64,000 nt of DNA from an uncultured bacterium (lineage in GTDB: Bacteria; Auribacterota; Erginobacteria; Erginobacterales; Erginobacteraceae): contig CAZPMN010000003.1 in NCBI GenBank assembly GCA_964587835.1, positions 76,565-140,564 on the forward strand. Reading direction: 5' to 3'. The translations under genes and the position numbers were made by a program. Numbering within the stretch: position 1 is the first letter of the stretch; each line of letters begins with the position of its first letter. This document shows, piece by piece, positions 8,501 to 17,434 of this stretch. The notes under the pieces were generated by a model. The model was not told where the DNA came from and did no database searches. It worked only from the letters and a program-made list of their open reading frames with translations.

Positions 8501-10266
8501 GATTCGATCAACAAGGGAACCGCTTCCGCTCCGCCGATCCTTCCCAGAGATCGGGCGGCGGCGGCCCGGACTTCGTTGGCATCGTCTTTCAGGGCGGCGA
8601 GGAGAAGCGCGGTTGACTTCGGATTACCGATTGAACCAAGGGCCTCGGCCGCCGCCGCCCGGACCAGCGAAGACTCGTCGGTCAGGAGTTTCTCGAGCGG
8701 CTCCCGGGCCCTCCCGTCGGAGAGGCGCCCGAGGGCTCCGGCGGCCTTCTGTCTCACTTCTCGTTCCGGATCCCACAGAGCGGCGGCCAGCGGTTCCAGG
8801 GCCTCCGGAGAATCAAGCCGGCCCAGGGCCTCGGCAGCCGCCGACCTCACCTTGCGATCCTCGTCGCGAAGCAGCCGGATCAGGGGTCGAACCCCAGCTT
8901 CGTCTCCGGAACGCCCCAGGGCCCGGGCCGCCTGGGCCCGGATATCACTCTGCTCGTCGTCAAGCGCGGCCAGCAGAGAATTGATCGAACGGCTGGTACT
9001 CACCCTGCCAAGAAGCGAAAGAGCCAGGGCCCGGTCTTCCGGCTGGCCGGTATCGAGAATTTTCTGCAGGGGTTCCACCGCCCGTTCATCGACCAGGTCC
9101 TCGAGGATGCGATGGATGTGTTCTTTAACCGCGGCTTCCTGATCCCGGTGCAATTCGATCAGGGGCCCCACCGCGCGGGTATCTTTCAGGTCGCCGAGGG
9201 CGTCCAGGGCGCTGAGCTTCAATTCGGGATCTTCCTCCCGGAGGATCTGTAACAGGGGCTTGACCGCCCGGGGATCCCCGATCTTGCCCAGCGCGAAGGC
9301 GGCGGCCCGTCGGACGCCGGAATCGTCGTACCGGAGTGCCTGGAGCAGGGTGGGGACTGCAGCCCGCCCCCCGACCCGTTTCAATACCGACGAGGTCAGT
9401 TCCCGGATTCGCTCCGCCTCAATTTCTTCCGGGCTCGGCGCGGCCGCCGGTTTCTCATCCGCCGGTTTAGCCTCCTCAAGGTTAAAATCTTCCTCCGGGG
9501 CCTCTTCCGCAATCGTAATTTCTTCCAGAACTTCCGGGGCGGCTTCAATCTTCTGCGCTTCCCCGGCCAGCAGGGTGGAGATCAGGGGATCCACTGCTTC
9601 ATCGGCTCCGATCTCTCCCAGGGCCAGGGCAGCGCTGATCCGGACCTGCGGTTCCTTGTCCTTGAGAGTTCCCACCAGCGGCCGGACCGCCTTCTCCGCG
9701 TGGAGTGCGCCCAGGGCGGAGGCGGCGGCGGCGCGAACGGAGGAGGAGGTATCCTGAAGGGCTTCAACCAGGGGGGGAGTCGCGCGGGAAGAACCTATCC
9801 GGCCCAGGGCCAGGGCCGCGCTGGATCTGACCTCTTCTTTTTCCTCCCCGCCCAGCAAAGCGATCAGCGGCTCAACGGCTTCCTCGCCGCCGACCGCACC
9901 CAAGGCCAGCGTCACGGCCGACCGGACCCGGAGATCCTCATCGGCAACGGCCTGCCGGAGCGCGGGAAACGCCTCCTGGTCTCCGATGACTTCCAGGGCG
10001 GCGGCGGACGCCCGGCGAACTTCCGGCTCCTTATCCCGCAACAGGGCGGTTACCGGACCTACCGCCCGGTGATCACCTATCTCCCCCAGGGCGCGGACGG
10101 CCGCCGCCCGAACGTCGGTTTCCCCGGCGGAGAGCAGTTCGAGAAGCGGGGCCACGGCCCGAGGGTTACCGATCTCACCCAGGGTCTCCGCCGAGAGAAC
10201 CCGGATTTCGGGAGAGGGATTACCCAGGGCGGCGATCAGGGTTTCAATGTCATCTTTCAGGCTCAT
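5515..10266 (-). CDS. giant HEAT-repeat protein (PBS-lyase/E-Z type HEAT-like repeats, ~50 tandem ~31-aa units), 1583 aa
   Basis: Uninterrupted ORF. Nearly every ~31 aa repeats VRxxAAxALGxIGDxRAVxPLIxxLxDxDxxVR. One acidic low-complexity linker (EAAPEVLEEITIAEEAPEEDFNLEEAKPADEKPAAAPSPEEIEAER). No signal peptide, no other domain. Confidence 0.85.
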   Translation of the reverse strand: MSLKDDIETLIAALGNPSPEIRVLSAETLGEIGNPRAVAPLLELLSAGETDVRAAAVRALGEIGDHRAVGPVTALLRDKEPEVRRASAAALEVIGDQEAFPALRQAVADEDLRVRSAVTLALGAVGGEEAVEPLIALLGGEEKEEVRSSAALALGRIGSSRATPPLVEALQDTSSSVRAAAASALGALHAEKAVRPLVGTLKDKEPQVRISAALALGEIGADEAVDPLISTLLAGEAQKIEAAPEVLEEITIAEEAPEEDFNLEEAKPADEKPAAAPSPEEIEAERIRELTSSVLKRVGGRAAVPTLLQALRYDDSGVRRAAAFALGKIGDPRAVKPLLQILREEDPELKLSALDALGDLKDTRAVGPLIELHRDQEAAVKEHIHRILEDLVDERAVEPLQKILDTGQPEDRALALSLLGRVSTSRSINSLLAALDDEQSDIRAQAARALGRSGDEAGVRPLIRLLRDEDRKVRSAAAEALGRLDSPEALEPLAAALWDPEREVRQKAAGALGRLSDGRAREPLEKLLTDESSLVRAAAAEALGSIGNPKSTALLLAALKDDANEVRAAAARSLGRIGGAEAVPLLIESLKDPLPVVVENTVSALAEIGDRSALEPLLDLMPAASGSVRRRILVACKRFADPAARPVVLDTLREGLLEERVAAAAALGAVGESDDIGVLAEALLYDAPPVRVEAARALGRIGGTGVVDELTGALQDRDRDVRRAAVLALSGVQEDRVVPALIQAAGDPETGVRAAAVYSLGESGNRRAAETVISALRDDDPEVARAAARALEKLVDEEMVDRLMEIMNDANQQVRKLTAKLLASFKNRKVVETLLAALEDQDTAVRANAAQTLGKMEAVEAVPKLLELLEDPDPPVQRQVIDALGRIGDVRAVPPLLESLRHPNRGVRSRAANALGMLGDRRALEPLVETLKDPESWVRRAAVDALGRLGGEAVAGHLIRALQDNSSAVRGTAAVMLGRLEEEKAVILLIEELEKGGPSGRRAAADALGRIGDESAIRPLVRALHDPEIWVRRTAARALGRMSPSAVVPQVLRSLQEDAALDREIAIRALEDIVNRGAAESLLAALSEEDPETRKIAVQLLIRLRDPRAIEPLIAVLKDPDREIRCRACTALGAIGDEQALEALIEVLSDPTTEVREAAVSALGAIGGERALDHLIGMLEDDQTDVRLAAVSSLEKVGSGRAVDPLLDKLQDPDRELRRAAAVALGRIGDARVVAPLVEALRDEESWVRRAAADSLGQLKSPQGIEPLIESLKDESDAVKQAAALALSRIPDQRASGPLIEALQDPAVPVRSSAAEALGKIGDTSSLSALIEVLKDPAEAVRVSATMALGDLQSKDAVEPLMAALKDKSASVRNNALLILGRLDDLRAGPAVAGCLQDRESGVRATAAAVLGRLNDPAWLDSLIAAAEDRDCWVRRAVAAALGKLKDSRAAQPLLKLLADPDVGVRAEAALALGESGDSTVVEPLLLALKEDEVAVRFRAAASLGKLGDLRAVDQLLEAIRERHSGVRRVAAAALGELGEPEAEEPLRGLLQDDSETVRATAAEAIRKIKRNLLPPGSEIDRR

Positions 10267-10485
10267 CCGGAATTGATTGTGCCCGTCGCGGTTCGGGAGG
10301 CGAACGATAACAAACCCATCATAACATCGCGGGCCTTTCGGGGGAACAGAAAATAACCGCCGGATAAGTCACTCCGGGAATAAAAACATTGTTGAATTCC
10401 GTCCGGGCCAATATATTCATAAGAGATCGCACAACCTAAAGGGGGACTGCCCCGCTGATGCGCCGGTACAGCTAGCAGACCGGCA

Positions 10486-11304
10486 GTGACGCTGATGCCT
10501 ATCTCATTCATCTACTGGACAACTTCCCCGGAACTGTGCCAGATCGGTCCGGTTACTATCCGCTGGTACGGCCTCCTCTTCGCCCTCGGTTTTTTCCTCG
10601 GCTACCTCCTCATCCAGAAAATCTTTCGCCGGGAGGGCGTCCCCGAGAACGACCTGGGGACATTGCTCCTTTACGTACTCGCCGGCGCCCTGATCGGGGC
10701 CCGGTTGGGCCATTGCCTTCTCTATGAACCCGCCTATTACCTCAAGCATCCGGAAGAGATCATCCTGGTCTGGCGGGGCGGACTGGCCAGCCACGGCGGC
10801 GCGGCGGGAATATTGATCGCCCTCTTCTTCTATACCCGCCACCGTCCGGCCCAATCATACCTCTGGCTGTTGGACCGGCTGGCGATCGCCGTGGCCCTGA
10901 GCGGGACTTTGATCCGGATCGGGAATCTCTTCAACTCCGAGATCATCGGAACCGCCAGCGACCTTCCCTGGGCCTTTGTCTTCCCTCGTTCCGGAATCTC
11001 TCCGACGGTACCCCGCCACCCGGCCATGCTCTACGAAGCCGCCGCCTACCTTCTGATCTTCTTCCTCCTTTTGATTATCTACCGCCGCCAGGGCCGCCGG
11101 GTCCCTCCCGGGGAACTGATCGGACTCTTCCTGCTCACCGCCTTCACTGCCCGGTTCTTCATTGAATATGTTAAGGTTCCCCAGGCGTCCTACCGGCTCC
11201 CCTTTCCCTTGCGCGTCGGCCAGCTGCTGAGCCTCCCCGCCGTCGCCGCCGGGTTCATCCTTCTGGCGAACAGCCGAAGACGATCGCTGATAAAACGGAA
11301 GTAG
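10486..11304 (+). CDS. lgt: prolipoprotein diacylglyceryl transferase
   Basis: IRWYGLLFALGF, GGLASHGGAAG, PRHPAMLYEAAAY. Collinear with E. coli Lgt motifs. Confidence 0.9.
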   Translation: MTLMPISFIYWTTSPELCQIGPVTIRWYGLLFALGFFLGYLLIQKIFRREGVPENDLGTLLLYVLAGALIGARLGHCLLYEPAYYLKHPEEIILVWRGGLASHGGAAGILIALFFYTRHRPAQSYLWLLDRLAIAVALSGTLIRIGNLFNSEIIGTASDLPWAFVFPRSGISPTVPRHPAMLYEAAAYLLIFFLLLIIYRRQGRRVPPGELIGLFLLTAFTARFFIEYVKVPQASYRLPFPLRVGQLLSLPAVAAGFILLANSRRRSLIKRK

Positions 11305-11305
11305 G

Positions 11306-12100
11306 ATGATGGAAGCCTCAGCTCCCTTCGGAGATGTCGGTATCCGGACCGGAAGGGGTGATTACCGGTCGCCTCCGCGAACACCGGGCTGGCTGGCCCG
11401 GCGTTTCCCGACCGCGGTCTTTTATCTGAAGTTGCTTTGGATTGTCGGTGCGGCCGGCCGGACGGCTCAGCGGCGTGATTACCACGGCCAGGATTGGATC
11501 CGGGACAGTCAGAGGACCCTCAAGGCGCTGGAATCGGTCGGGGTCCGGATTACGGTCGAGGGGACTGACAGCTTCATCCGACTGGAAGCGCCCGCCGTCT
11601 TCGCGGCTAATCATATGAGTATCCTGGAGACTTTTGTTCTCCCCTCGATAATCCGTCCCCACCGGAGGGTCACCTTCGTAACCAAGAAGGAGCTTCTCGA
11701 TTACCCGTTCTTCGGCCCGGTTTTGGCCAGCCGCCGCCCGATCGTCGTCTCCCGGCGGGATCCCCGCCGGGATCTCCAGACCGTCCTGGAGAAAGGCGCT
11801 GATCGCCTCCGGAAGGGAATCTCGGTCATCGTCTTTCCCCAGAATACCCGAATGGCGGTTTTTGACCCCGACCGGTTCAACTCGCTGGGGGTGAAACTGG
11901 CCCGGCGGGCCGGGGCACCCTTGATTCCGATCGCCCTCCAAACGAATGCCTGGGGAACCGGGAAGTGGCTCAAGGACTTTGGCAGAATCTCGCCCGCCAT
12001 ACCGGTCCGGATAGTCTTCGGAACTCCAATCATGGTCCGGGGCGGGGGGCGGGAGGCCCAGTCCGGGCTGATCGACTTTATCTCCCGGCGGCTGGGGTGA
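11306..12100 (+). CDS. lysophospholipid (1-acyl-glycerol-3-phosphate) acyltransferase family protein, PlsC-like
   Basis: Acyltransferase motif region AANHMSILETF (HX4-type block), FVTKKEL, PIVVSRRD, VIVFPQNTR. Immediately follows lgt with a 1-nt gap. Confidence 0.7.
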   Translation: MMEASAPFGDVGIRTGRGDYRSPPRTPGWLARRFPTAVFYLKLLWIVGAAGRTAQRRDYHGQDWIRDSQRTLKALESVGVRITVEGTDSFIRLEAPAVFAANHMSILETFVLPSIIRPHRRVTFVTKKELLDYPFFGPVLASRRPIVVSRRDPRRDLQTVLEKGADRLRKGISVIVFPQNTRMAVFDPDRFNSLGVKLARRAGAPLIPIALQTNAWGTGKWLKDFGRISPAIPVRIVFGTPIMVRGGGREAQSGLIDFISRRLG

Positions 12101-12109
12101 AGTGGTCGG

Positions 12110-12409
12110 TCACAACCAGGAAAACCAGCCCAGATCAAAGATCTCCGACACCGTACCCAGGGCGAGCACGGTGACGTAAGCAATCAAGAGGACCATTCCG
12201 ACGGCCGGACCGTGTTTCTTGAAAAAAGGAAATTCCGAGCGGAAGAGGCAGTAAGCCAAGCCGACAATCCAGAGCAAGAGCGAGATCACCAGCAGACACT
12301 TCTGGGCCAGACTGTACGGTGGGAAGATCCGGGAGAGTCCCCAGAGTCCGCCGAAAATCAGAACCAACAGGATCAAGAAGATCTCCCCGTGGCGGCGTAG
12401 ATAGGTCAT
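12110..12409 (-). CDS. small integral membrane protein (3 predicted TM), hypothetical
   Basis: 99 aa, three hydrophobic segments. Confidence 0.45.
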   Translation of the reverse strand: MTYLRRHGEIFLILLVLIFGGLWGLSRIFPPYSLAQKCLLVISLLLWIVGLAYCLFRSEFPFFKKHGPAVGMVLLIAYVTVLALGTVSEIFDLGWFSWL

Positions 12410-12423
12410 CGTAGCCTCCCTAG

Positions 12424-13455
12424 TTATTTCCTGAGCCGGACTGTTACTTCGACCGTGGCGTCCACCCGGAGGTCGATATTCCGGCCCGGGAGGAACTTTT
12501 CCAGACCAATCCGAATATCCAGTTTCTGTTCCAGTCGCGAAGTGCTGGAAATCACCCGGCCCGCCGGCAGGTCAAAACGGGTCGTCCCGCTCAGCTGGTG
12601 GGAAGATGCAAGCAGGCCGGCCCTCCCCTCTCGCTCTTCGTCCGAAATTTCCTGCCGGAAACTTCCGGTGGTATCGAGCAGGGCTATCTCCCGTTGCGGC
12701 CCGGAGCGATCGCGCAGGGTGGTCTCAAGTTGGATCGACCATTCTTCGCCCTGGTCCCAGTCCCGGTCGATCCCCGGCCCCGGGATTTCCAGGGTCCTCG
12801 ACCAGGATGTCCCGAGCGGGACAGGCTGGAGGGGAAACTCGGGCTGCATCCGTTCCAGGAATGAATCAAATTGGAGCGACGGGAAGAGACGCTCAGGGGC
12901 TTCGGGAACCCGGGCCATCAGAATCGTTCCCCGGCTGTTGACCTGAAATTCAAATTCTTCCCCGACCACCCCCCGGAGGGGGAAATCGTCATCTTCCCCG
13001 GCTACCTCCCTGGTGACTCGGCCTGCTTCCGAGACGAGAAGTTTCCGGTCGGTCAGGTGCACGGATATTTCCCGATTATGAACGGCACTGACCGTGGTCA
13101 GGTCAAAATCCCGGTAGCTGAGTAACAGTTTGGCCTCTCCGTCCGGAAAAACCTGGTCGACCCGGAATCGCATCAGATAGCTTCCCTCCAACCGGACCGG
13201 GAGGCCGATCCGGTCTTCCTCGGCGTCTTCCCGGCCGTAAGTCATCGTCACCTCCCCCTCTCCCCGCAGGGCAACCTCATAGGTAATTTCCTCGCCCGGC
13301 CGGAATTTGTAACGCAAAAGAACGGTTTCCGGCGGCGGGCGGCGGCACCCGGCGGGAAGGCAGATCAGGATGAGCATCCCCAGGCGAAGAATTCCGGACA
13401 GGCGCGGACCAGCCCGCCGAGCGGGTCTCAAGCCGGAATCAAAACGGGAGGTCAC
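12424..13455 (-). CDS. putative lipoprotein, hypothetical
   Basis: N-terminus LGMLILICLPAGC resembles a signal peptide with lipobox cysteine. No recognisable catalytic motifs. Confidence 0.55.
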   Translation of the reverse strand: MTSRFDSGLRPARRAGPRLSGILRLGMLILICLPAGCRRPPPETVLLRYKFRPGEEITYEVALRGEGEVTMTYGREDAEEDRIGLPVRLEGSYLMRFRVDQVFPDGEAKLLLSYRDFDLTTVSAVHNREISVHLTDRKLLVSEAGRVTREVAGEDDDFPLRGVVGEEFEFQVNSRGTILMARVPEAPERLFPSLQFDSFLERMQPEFPLQPVPLGTSWSRTLEIPGPGIDRDWDQGEEWSIQLETTLRDRSGPQREIALLDTTGSFRQEISDEEREGRAGLLASSHQLSGTTRFDLPAGRVISSTSRLEQKLDIRIGLEKFLPGRNIDLRVDATVEVTVRLRK

Positions 13456-13494
13456 GGTTTTCTCTCCTTGCTTCGGGGAAGTTTGGGACGGCGC

Positions 13495-14232
13495 CTAACG
13501 TCGGGGGATACCCTGTGATCTCTCCAGCAATTCGCTGACAATCGGCGCCATCTCCTCCTGGCCGGCCAGCAGGCGGAGAGCGGCGATGACGATCTCCTTG
13601 TAGAACCAATCCAGACTCGCATCATTGACCATACTGACCAGAGCCTCGGCTGATTCCCGGACCGGGGTATGCGCCAAGTCCCAGATCGCTGCCTGCCGGA
13701 TCTGGTCGGATTGGCCGGTATCATTGAAGATCCCGACCAGCGGAGCCACGACCCGAGCGTCTTCGATATATCCCAGCAGCTGCATCGCCGTCATCCGGTC
13801 CTCTTCCCGGCCCGACCGGACCTGGCTCAGGAGGTACCCCTGGTACCGGTTGTAATTGTGATCAAATCGGCAGAGCGCCTGCGCGGCTCGCATCTTCACC
13901 GGGATGGATTCGGAATTCTGCCATATCTTTTCCACCGCGGCCGCCGCCGGACGATAACGGATCAGAGCCAGAATCTCAATCAGGCCGTCGGCCAGCTGAT
14001 CATCGGCCCCCTCCAGGGCCTTCACCAGCGCGGGGCCGGCCGCTTCCCCCCTCCCGACCAGATCCGCCCGGGCCCGCAGCCGGACCGCCTCATCGGAGTC
14101 AGCCAAGCGATCGACGAGGGTGGAAATCTCCGCGGGTTTTTCCCCGGCCGCCTCCTCCTCCTGGCCCGGACAGGTCCCGGAGGCGGCGAGGACGATAAAC
14201 ACCAGAAAAACTACCAAGAAAAGATTTTTCAT
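13495..14232 (-). CDS. secreted HEAT-repeat protein
   Basis: ORF 13495..14292. Likely start at MKNLFLVVFLVFIVLAASG (signal peptide). Body contains DxxVRLRARADLVGRGEAAGPALVKAL and AQALCRFD HEAT-like units. Confidence 0.6.
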   Translation of the reverse strand: MKNLFLVVFLVFIVLAASGTCPGQEEEAAGEKPAEISTLVDRLADSDEAVRLRARADLVGRGEAAGPALVKALEGADDQLADGLIEILALIRYRPAAAAVEKIWQNSESIPVKMRAAQALCRFDHNYNRYQGYLLSQVRSGREEDRMTAMQLLGYIEDARVVAPLVGIFNDTGQSDQIRQAAIWDLAHTPVRESAEALVSMVNDASLDWFYKEIVIAALRLLAGQEEMAPIVSELLERSQGIPRR

Positions 14233-14396
14233 AAAAGTGCCCCCTGCCCCCTCCCTACCCTCGTTGATGTACCGCCCCTTGACAGCGCACAACGTGAGGA
14301 GAAACCCGACTCCTGATCGCCAACTGCCGGGGTCTGCTCACTCCTTGCCTATTACTATATCTCACAATCTTAAACCAACAAAACACTTTTCCCGGC

Positions 14397-15179
14397 TCAT
14401 CGGGATGATCCGGGGCGACTCAGTTCCCACTTCTTCAACTCGGGCAGCAAGGCGTAATCGGTCATATTGTAATGAAGGGGAGTGACCGATATAAAATTTT
14501 CCAGCAGGGCGGTATGGTCGGAGCCATGGTCGTCGGAGGGGCGGTCCATTTCCCCCCCCAGCCAGTAATACTTACGCCCCCTGAGGTCGACCCGTTCTTC
14601 CATCACCTCCTGGAACCGAGCGATCCCCTGATGGGTCACCTTGACCCCGCGGATCTCCCCGGCGGGCACGGCGGGAACGTTGACGTTGAGGAGGAGCCGG
14701 GACGGTTCCTTTCGGCCCAATACCTGCTCCGCCAAGGAGCCGGCGAAGCGGGCGGCCGCGCCGTAATCCGGGTTGACAAAGGTCCCCAGGGAGACGGCAA
14801 TCGCCCGGATCCCCAGGATGGCCGCTTCGGTGGCGGCCGAGACAGTCCCGGAATAAATCACGTTGGTGCCGGTATTCGGACCCAGGTTGATCCCCGAGAC
14901 GACCAGGTCCGGGGTCCGGTCGAGGAGGGCTTTCACCGCGACCTTGACCGAGTCAGCCGGGGTCCCGTTGACCCCGTAACCGTACAGGCTGTCGTCGCGA
15001 AAGACCTTGGTGGCCCGGAGCGGCTCGGTCAGGGTGATGGAATGTCCCGCCGCCGAACGCTCGGAGTCGGGGGCGACGATCGCCACGTCGCCCAGGCGTC
15101 TGATCTCTTCCCAGAGGGCGTAGAGTCCCCCGGCGTTAATTCCGTCGTCGTTGGTCAGCAATATGTATGGTCGGCCCAT
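14397..15179 (-). CDS. surE: 5'/3'-nucleotidase SurE
   Basis: MGRPYILLTNDDGINAGGL...VAIVAPDSERSAAGHSITL. The ORF-track extension upstream of this Met overlaps the next gene and is judged non-coding. Confidence 0.85.
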   Translation of the reverse strand: MGRPYILLTNDDGINAGGLYALWEEIRRLGDVAIVAPDSERSAAGHSITLTEPLRATKVFRDDSLYGYGVNGTPADSVKVAVKALLDRTPDLVVSGINLGPNTGTNVIYSGTVSAATEAAILGIRAIAVSLGTFVNPDYGAAARFAGSLAEQVLGRKEPSRLLLNVNVPAVPAGEIRGVKVTHQGIARFQEVMEERVDLRGRKYYWLGGEMDRPSDDHGSDHTALLENFISVTPLHYNMTDYALLPELKKWELSRPGSSR

Positions 15180-15184
15180 AAACG

Positions 15185-15928
15185 TTATCTCCTCTTTCCC
15201 GGGCGGCCGGAACGGATCCTCTTCCAGACCGCCCAGATAAACCACCGGCAGTACTCCGGACCAACCTTGCAGAGCTTGAAATGCGACTTTCCCTCGGCCC
15301 GGTCCTGCCAGACCGTGGGAACCTCGGCGATCCGGAATCCCGCCAGGTGGGCCTTCACGGTCAGCTCCAGACCGGTGGTGTAGTTGTCCGACCTGAGGAT
15401 GCCCACCCGGTCGAGGATCTCCGCCCGGTACATCTTGTAAGCGTTGGTGGCGTCGTTGGTCGGCAGCCCGACCAGCAGTTTCAGGGACCACCCGAGCAGC
15501 CGGGAGAGGAAATGCTTCAGTCGATCCCGGTGCTCCCCTTCCCCGCCGGGGATATAGCGGGAAGCCGAGACCAGGTCGTACCCCTCCTTGATCTTCTCCA
15601 GCATCGCCGGGATAGCGCTGACATCGTCGGCCAGATCGGCCATCACCACCACGATCACCCCGCTCTCGACCTCCTCATACCCCCGGTTGATGCACCGGCC
15701 CAGTCCGTGATTGCCCCGGCGATTGATCAAGACAATATCATCATTCTCTTCCTGGAGTTTCCTGACGATATGCTCCGTCCGGTCGGTCGAGTTGTCGTTG
15801 ACCACGATCAGCTTGTGGGGAATCTTGACCCGGTCCTGGATCTCCCGAATGGTCTTGATGGTCTGGGAGATGTTGAGTTCCTCGTTGTAAGCCGGAACTA
15901 TGATATTGAGAAAGTAAGGATTATTCAT
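15185..15928 (-). CDS. family 2 glycosyltransferase (dolichyl/polyprenyl-phosphate sugar transferase-like)
   Basis: IIVPAYNEE, LIVVNDNSTD, DxD-like ADLADD. GT2 N-terminal architecture. Confidence 0.8.
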   Translation of the reverse strand: MNNPYFLNIIVPAYNEELNISQTIKTIREIQDRVKIPHKLIVVNDNSTDRTEHIVRKLQEENDDIVLINRRGNHGLGRCINRGYEEVESGVIVVVMADLADDVSAIPAMLEKIKEGYDLVSASRYIPGGEGEHRDRLKHFLSRLLGWSLKLLVGLPTNDATNAYKMYRAEILDRVGILRSDNYTTGLELTVKAHLAGFRIAEVPTVWQDRAEGKSHFKLCKVGPEYCRWFIWAVWKRIRSGRPGKRR

Positions 15929-16367
15929 CTCCCTTCTCCAGAATGATGGTCACCGGCCCGGCGTTCTCCAGCCGGACCAGCATATCGGCCCCGAAAACCC
16001 CCTTTTTCGGGGGAAACCCCAGGTCCTCCAGCCGACGGCAGAAATACTCATAGAGCTGCTCTCCCTCTTCGGGGGCGGCGGCGGCGCTGAAGCCCGGCCG
16101 CCGGCCGCGGCGGCAGTCCCCGTAAAGGGTGAACTGGGAGACGACCAGGACCTCCCCCCCGATATCCCCCAGGGCGAAATTCATCTTTCCTTCCGAATCG
16201 GGGAAGATCCGCAACCCGACCGTCTTCTCGGCCAGGTAGTCGGCCTCCCCCTCGCCGTCGCCCCCACCGACCCCGAGCAAGACCAGCATCCCCGGACCGA
16301 TCCGGGAGACTTCTTTTTCCTCCACCTCGACTGTCGCCGTTCTCACGCGTTGAATCACGGCTTTCAT
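15921..16367 (-). CDS. dtd: D-aminoacyl-tRNA deacylase
   Basis: MKAVIQRV...SQFTLYGD...GPVT. Canonical Dtd motifs. Confidence 0.9.
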   Translation of the reverse strand: MKAVIQRVRTATVEVEEKEVSRIGPGMLVLLGVGGGDGEGEADYLAEKTVGLRIFPDSEGKMNFALGDIGGEVLVVSQFTLYGDCRRGRRPGFSAAAAPEEGEQLYEYFCRRLEDLGFPPKKGVFGADMLVRLENAGPVTIILEKGDE

Positions 16368-16429
16368 TACCTTATATTATCTCTCCCGGGATAATTTTCA
16401 ATCCAATTCAGGTAGGGGCACGGCATGCC

Positions 16430-17434
16430 GTGTCCCTGCGAATCGTCGCTTGGATGACACCGCCAACAGAAAACAACGGCCGCCGGACCTGCCGGACCTG
16501 TCCCCGGCTCTGCCCGGTTGATTGGGCGGATCCGCTCCGGGGCTACTGCCGGACCGGCGACGGGGCAGGGGTGGCGGCGATCTGCCTCCACCGGGGGGAG
16601 GAACCCCCTGTCTCCGGTCCCGAGGGAATCTGCAATGTCTTCTTCGCCCACTGCAACCTTAGGTGTCTCTTCTGCCAGAACTACCAGATCAGCCGCAACC
16701 GCACTCCCCTCCCCCGCGTCCTGGATTCCCTGGAAAACATTATCCCGGCAATCGAAGAGATCCTCGACCGGGGGGCGAGGGCGGTGGGCTTCGTCTCCCC
16801 CTCCCACCGGATCCCCTGGATGGTCCGGGTCATCCGGGAACTGCGCCGCCGGGGAAGAAACCCGGCGATGGTAATGAACACCAACTGCTACGACCGGGCG
16901 GAGACGATCGCCGATCTGGAGAGCGAGATCGACCTCTACCTCCCCGACCTCAAGTACCTCGACGAGGACCTCGCCCTCCGCTGGTCGGGGGCGGGCGACT
17001 ACCCCGGGGTAGCGACAGCGGCCTTGCGGGAGATGTTCCGGCAGAAGGGTGCCGCACTGAACCTGGACGAGAAAGGGGCGGCGACCGGCGGCCTGATCGT
17101 CCGCCACCTGGTCCTGCCGGGGGCGGTGGAAAACTCCCGGGCCTGTCTGCGATTCATCGCCGAGGAGCTCTCCCCCGACGTTCACCTCTCCCTAATGGCT
17201 CAGTATCACCCGACCCCGGACGTCCGCGGCCACCCCGTCCTGGACCGGACCTTGCGGGCGGAGGAGTACGGCGAGGTGCTCGCGGAAATGGAACGGCTGG
17301 GGTTCCACCGCGGCTGGATCCAGGAACTGGAGAGCCACAGGGCCTTCCTCCCCGACTTCAGTCGCTCAGAGGTCTTCACGACGAAGCAATCTCAACCCGG
17401 ATCCGGTCCCCGGCCTTCACCCCACCCCCGGTGA
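16430..17434 (+). CDS. radical SAM protein (PflX/activating-enzyme-like, CxxxCxxC)
   Basis: AHCNLRCLFCQNYQ cluster motif. True start may be the internal Met at ~16454. Confidence 0.7.
   Translation: MSLRIVAWMTPPTENNGRRTCRTCPRLCPVDWADPLRGYCRTGDGAGVAAICLHRGEEPPVSGPEGICNVFFAHCNLRCLFCQNYQISRNRTPLPRVLDSLENIIPAIEEILDRGARAVGFVSPSHRIPWMVRVIRELRRRGRNPAMVMNTNCYDRAETIADLESEIDLYLPDLKYLDEDLALRWSGAGDYPGVATAALREMFRQKGAALNLDEKGAATGGLIVRHLVLPGAVENSRACLRFIAEELSPDVHLSLMAQYHPTPDVRGHPVLDRTLRAEEYGEVLAEMERLGFHRGWIQELESHRAFLPDFSRSEVFTTKQSQPGSGPRPSPHPR

Noticed and set aside
5750-9142. Many long plus-strand ORFs (e.g. 5750..6391, 6208..6873, 7192..8616 at 474 aa, 8357..9142) inside the giant HEAT gene
   Set aside because: Antisense or alternate-frame shadow ORFs typical of high-GC DNA. 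Their products are low-complexity Arg/Pro/Gly-rich. The minus-strand HEAT frame has a clear periodic motif and explains the whole region.
14397-15491. N-terminal 104-codon extension of the surE ORF (GTG start at 15491)
   Set aside because: It overlaps the upstream GT2 gene in another frame. SurE family proteins begin at the conserved MGRPY/ILLTNDDG block found at ~15179.
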